Positions 63,284-64,000 of a stretch of 64,000 nt of DNA are shown here, piece after piece; positions within the stretch are counted from its first letter, which is position 1; each line of letters opens with the position of its first letter. The stretch lies in contig OY969414.1 of the NCBI GenBank assembly GCA_963699155.1, forward strand, positions 1,227,757 through 1,291,756, read 5' to 3'. Source of the stretch: an uncultured Chlamydiales bacterium. GTDB lineage: Bacteria > Chlamydiota > Chlamydiia > Chlamydiales > JAAKFR01. The translations under genes and the position numbers were made by a program. The notes beneath the pieces were generated by a model. The model did not search any database. It saw only the letters and a program-made list of their open reading frames with translations, and was not told where the DNA came from.

Positions 63284-64000
63284 ATGGCCTCAGCAATCTC
63301 AGCAAGATCATATTATTTAAACGAAGCCGTTCGGACGGGTCAGGAGAACAAAGTCGGTGAGCTATTAAAGAAAGACTATAGGCCAGATGGTCAAACTTTA
63401 ACCTGGGCCTATCTTTCGCGCACCATCAAGGTGATCGATCTAGTCTTTGAATATGGCGCAAGGGCCGATGAGGAGACATTGCCGGCGGCTTGCGCCTCGA
63501 ATAATCCCATTCTTGTGATCAAAGCTCTGCATCAAAGAGCTCTTCCCAACAAAAAAGCCCTAGAAGTCGCTCGGAAAGTGAATAACCGCGCCATCTCAGA
63601 GATTTTGAAGAGAGAGCTACGGCAGAGGCTGATGGTTGCACTTTCCAGCAAAGATTTGAGCTCTGTGAAAGATGCTTTAAATCGGGGGGCGGTTGTCGTG
63701 GGATCATTTTTGGATCTCGCCATTTTGTCCCGAGAGGAGCGCATCGTCCAGGCGCTGGCCAAAGCAGGGGCGACGCCGACAGAGAGAAGCTTGACATTGG
63801 GTTCTAAATGCGGAAGTGAAGCGATCGCAAAAGTCGTGAGGGGTTTGGTTCTTGCAAAAGAGGGCTTTGAGATAGGCTCTGAGGGGGTGCCGACACACCG
63901 AGCGCTCATCGCTGCCATCGAATCTGATAATGAAAAGGCCTTTATATTGCTGCTTCAACAGGGTGCCAAATGCAATGATGCGGTGCTTTCCGCTGCTATC
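63284..64000 (+). CDS. Ankyrin-like repeat protein (partial, runs off the window), paralog of 20900
   Basis: Absent from the ORF track; translated by hand as 239 open codons MASAISARSYYLNEAVRTG...RPDGQTLTWAYLS...GARADEETLPAACASNNP; AAGGA SD upstream. Confidence 0.8.
   Translation, partial: MASAISARSYYLNEAVRTGQENKVGELLKKDYRPDGQTLTWAYLSRTIKVIDLVFEYGARADEETLPAACASNNPILVIKALHQRALPNKKALEVARKVNNRAISEILKRELRQRLMVALSSKDLSSVKDALNRGAVVVGSFLDLAILSREERIVQALAKAGATPTERSLTLGSKCGSEAIAKVVRGLVLAKEGFEIGSEGVPTHRALIAAIESDNEKAFILLLQQGAKCNDAVLSAAI

Overview
Chromosomal segment of a Chlamydiota bacterium, probably an environmental lineage. The assignment is inferred from gene order and content: sufE-infA-tRNA-Thr-tuf-tRNA-Trp-secE-nusG-rplKAJL-rpoBC, tal, a V-type ATPase operon E-DUF2764-A-B-D-I-K, valS, pknD, double-length uvrA and pyk. 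Accessory segments interrupt this backbone. (1) A ~1.9 kb non-coding palindromic mosaic (1498-3430) with a hairpin module that shows compensatory base changes between its two copies. (2) An island after rpoC with a deletion scar, an orphan RiPP-like precursor (tandem NHLP-type leader plus a double-glycine site), and a head-to-head pair of a Pro/Ser-rich protein and an ankyrin-like protein; this pair recurs at 62-64 kb. (3) An 11 x 46-bp tandem array. (4) Paralogous Cys-rich exported proteins, one with a GQPY low-complexity tract. (5) A 2H-phosphoesterase/APH/Nudix island ending in a nested-IR MITE-like element. (6) A type II toxin-antitoxin pair. tuf, rpoB and rpoC carry many apparent frameshifts, most likely sequencing or consensus errors. 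All calls come from reading motifs by eye; no database searches were run.
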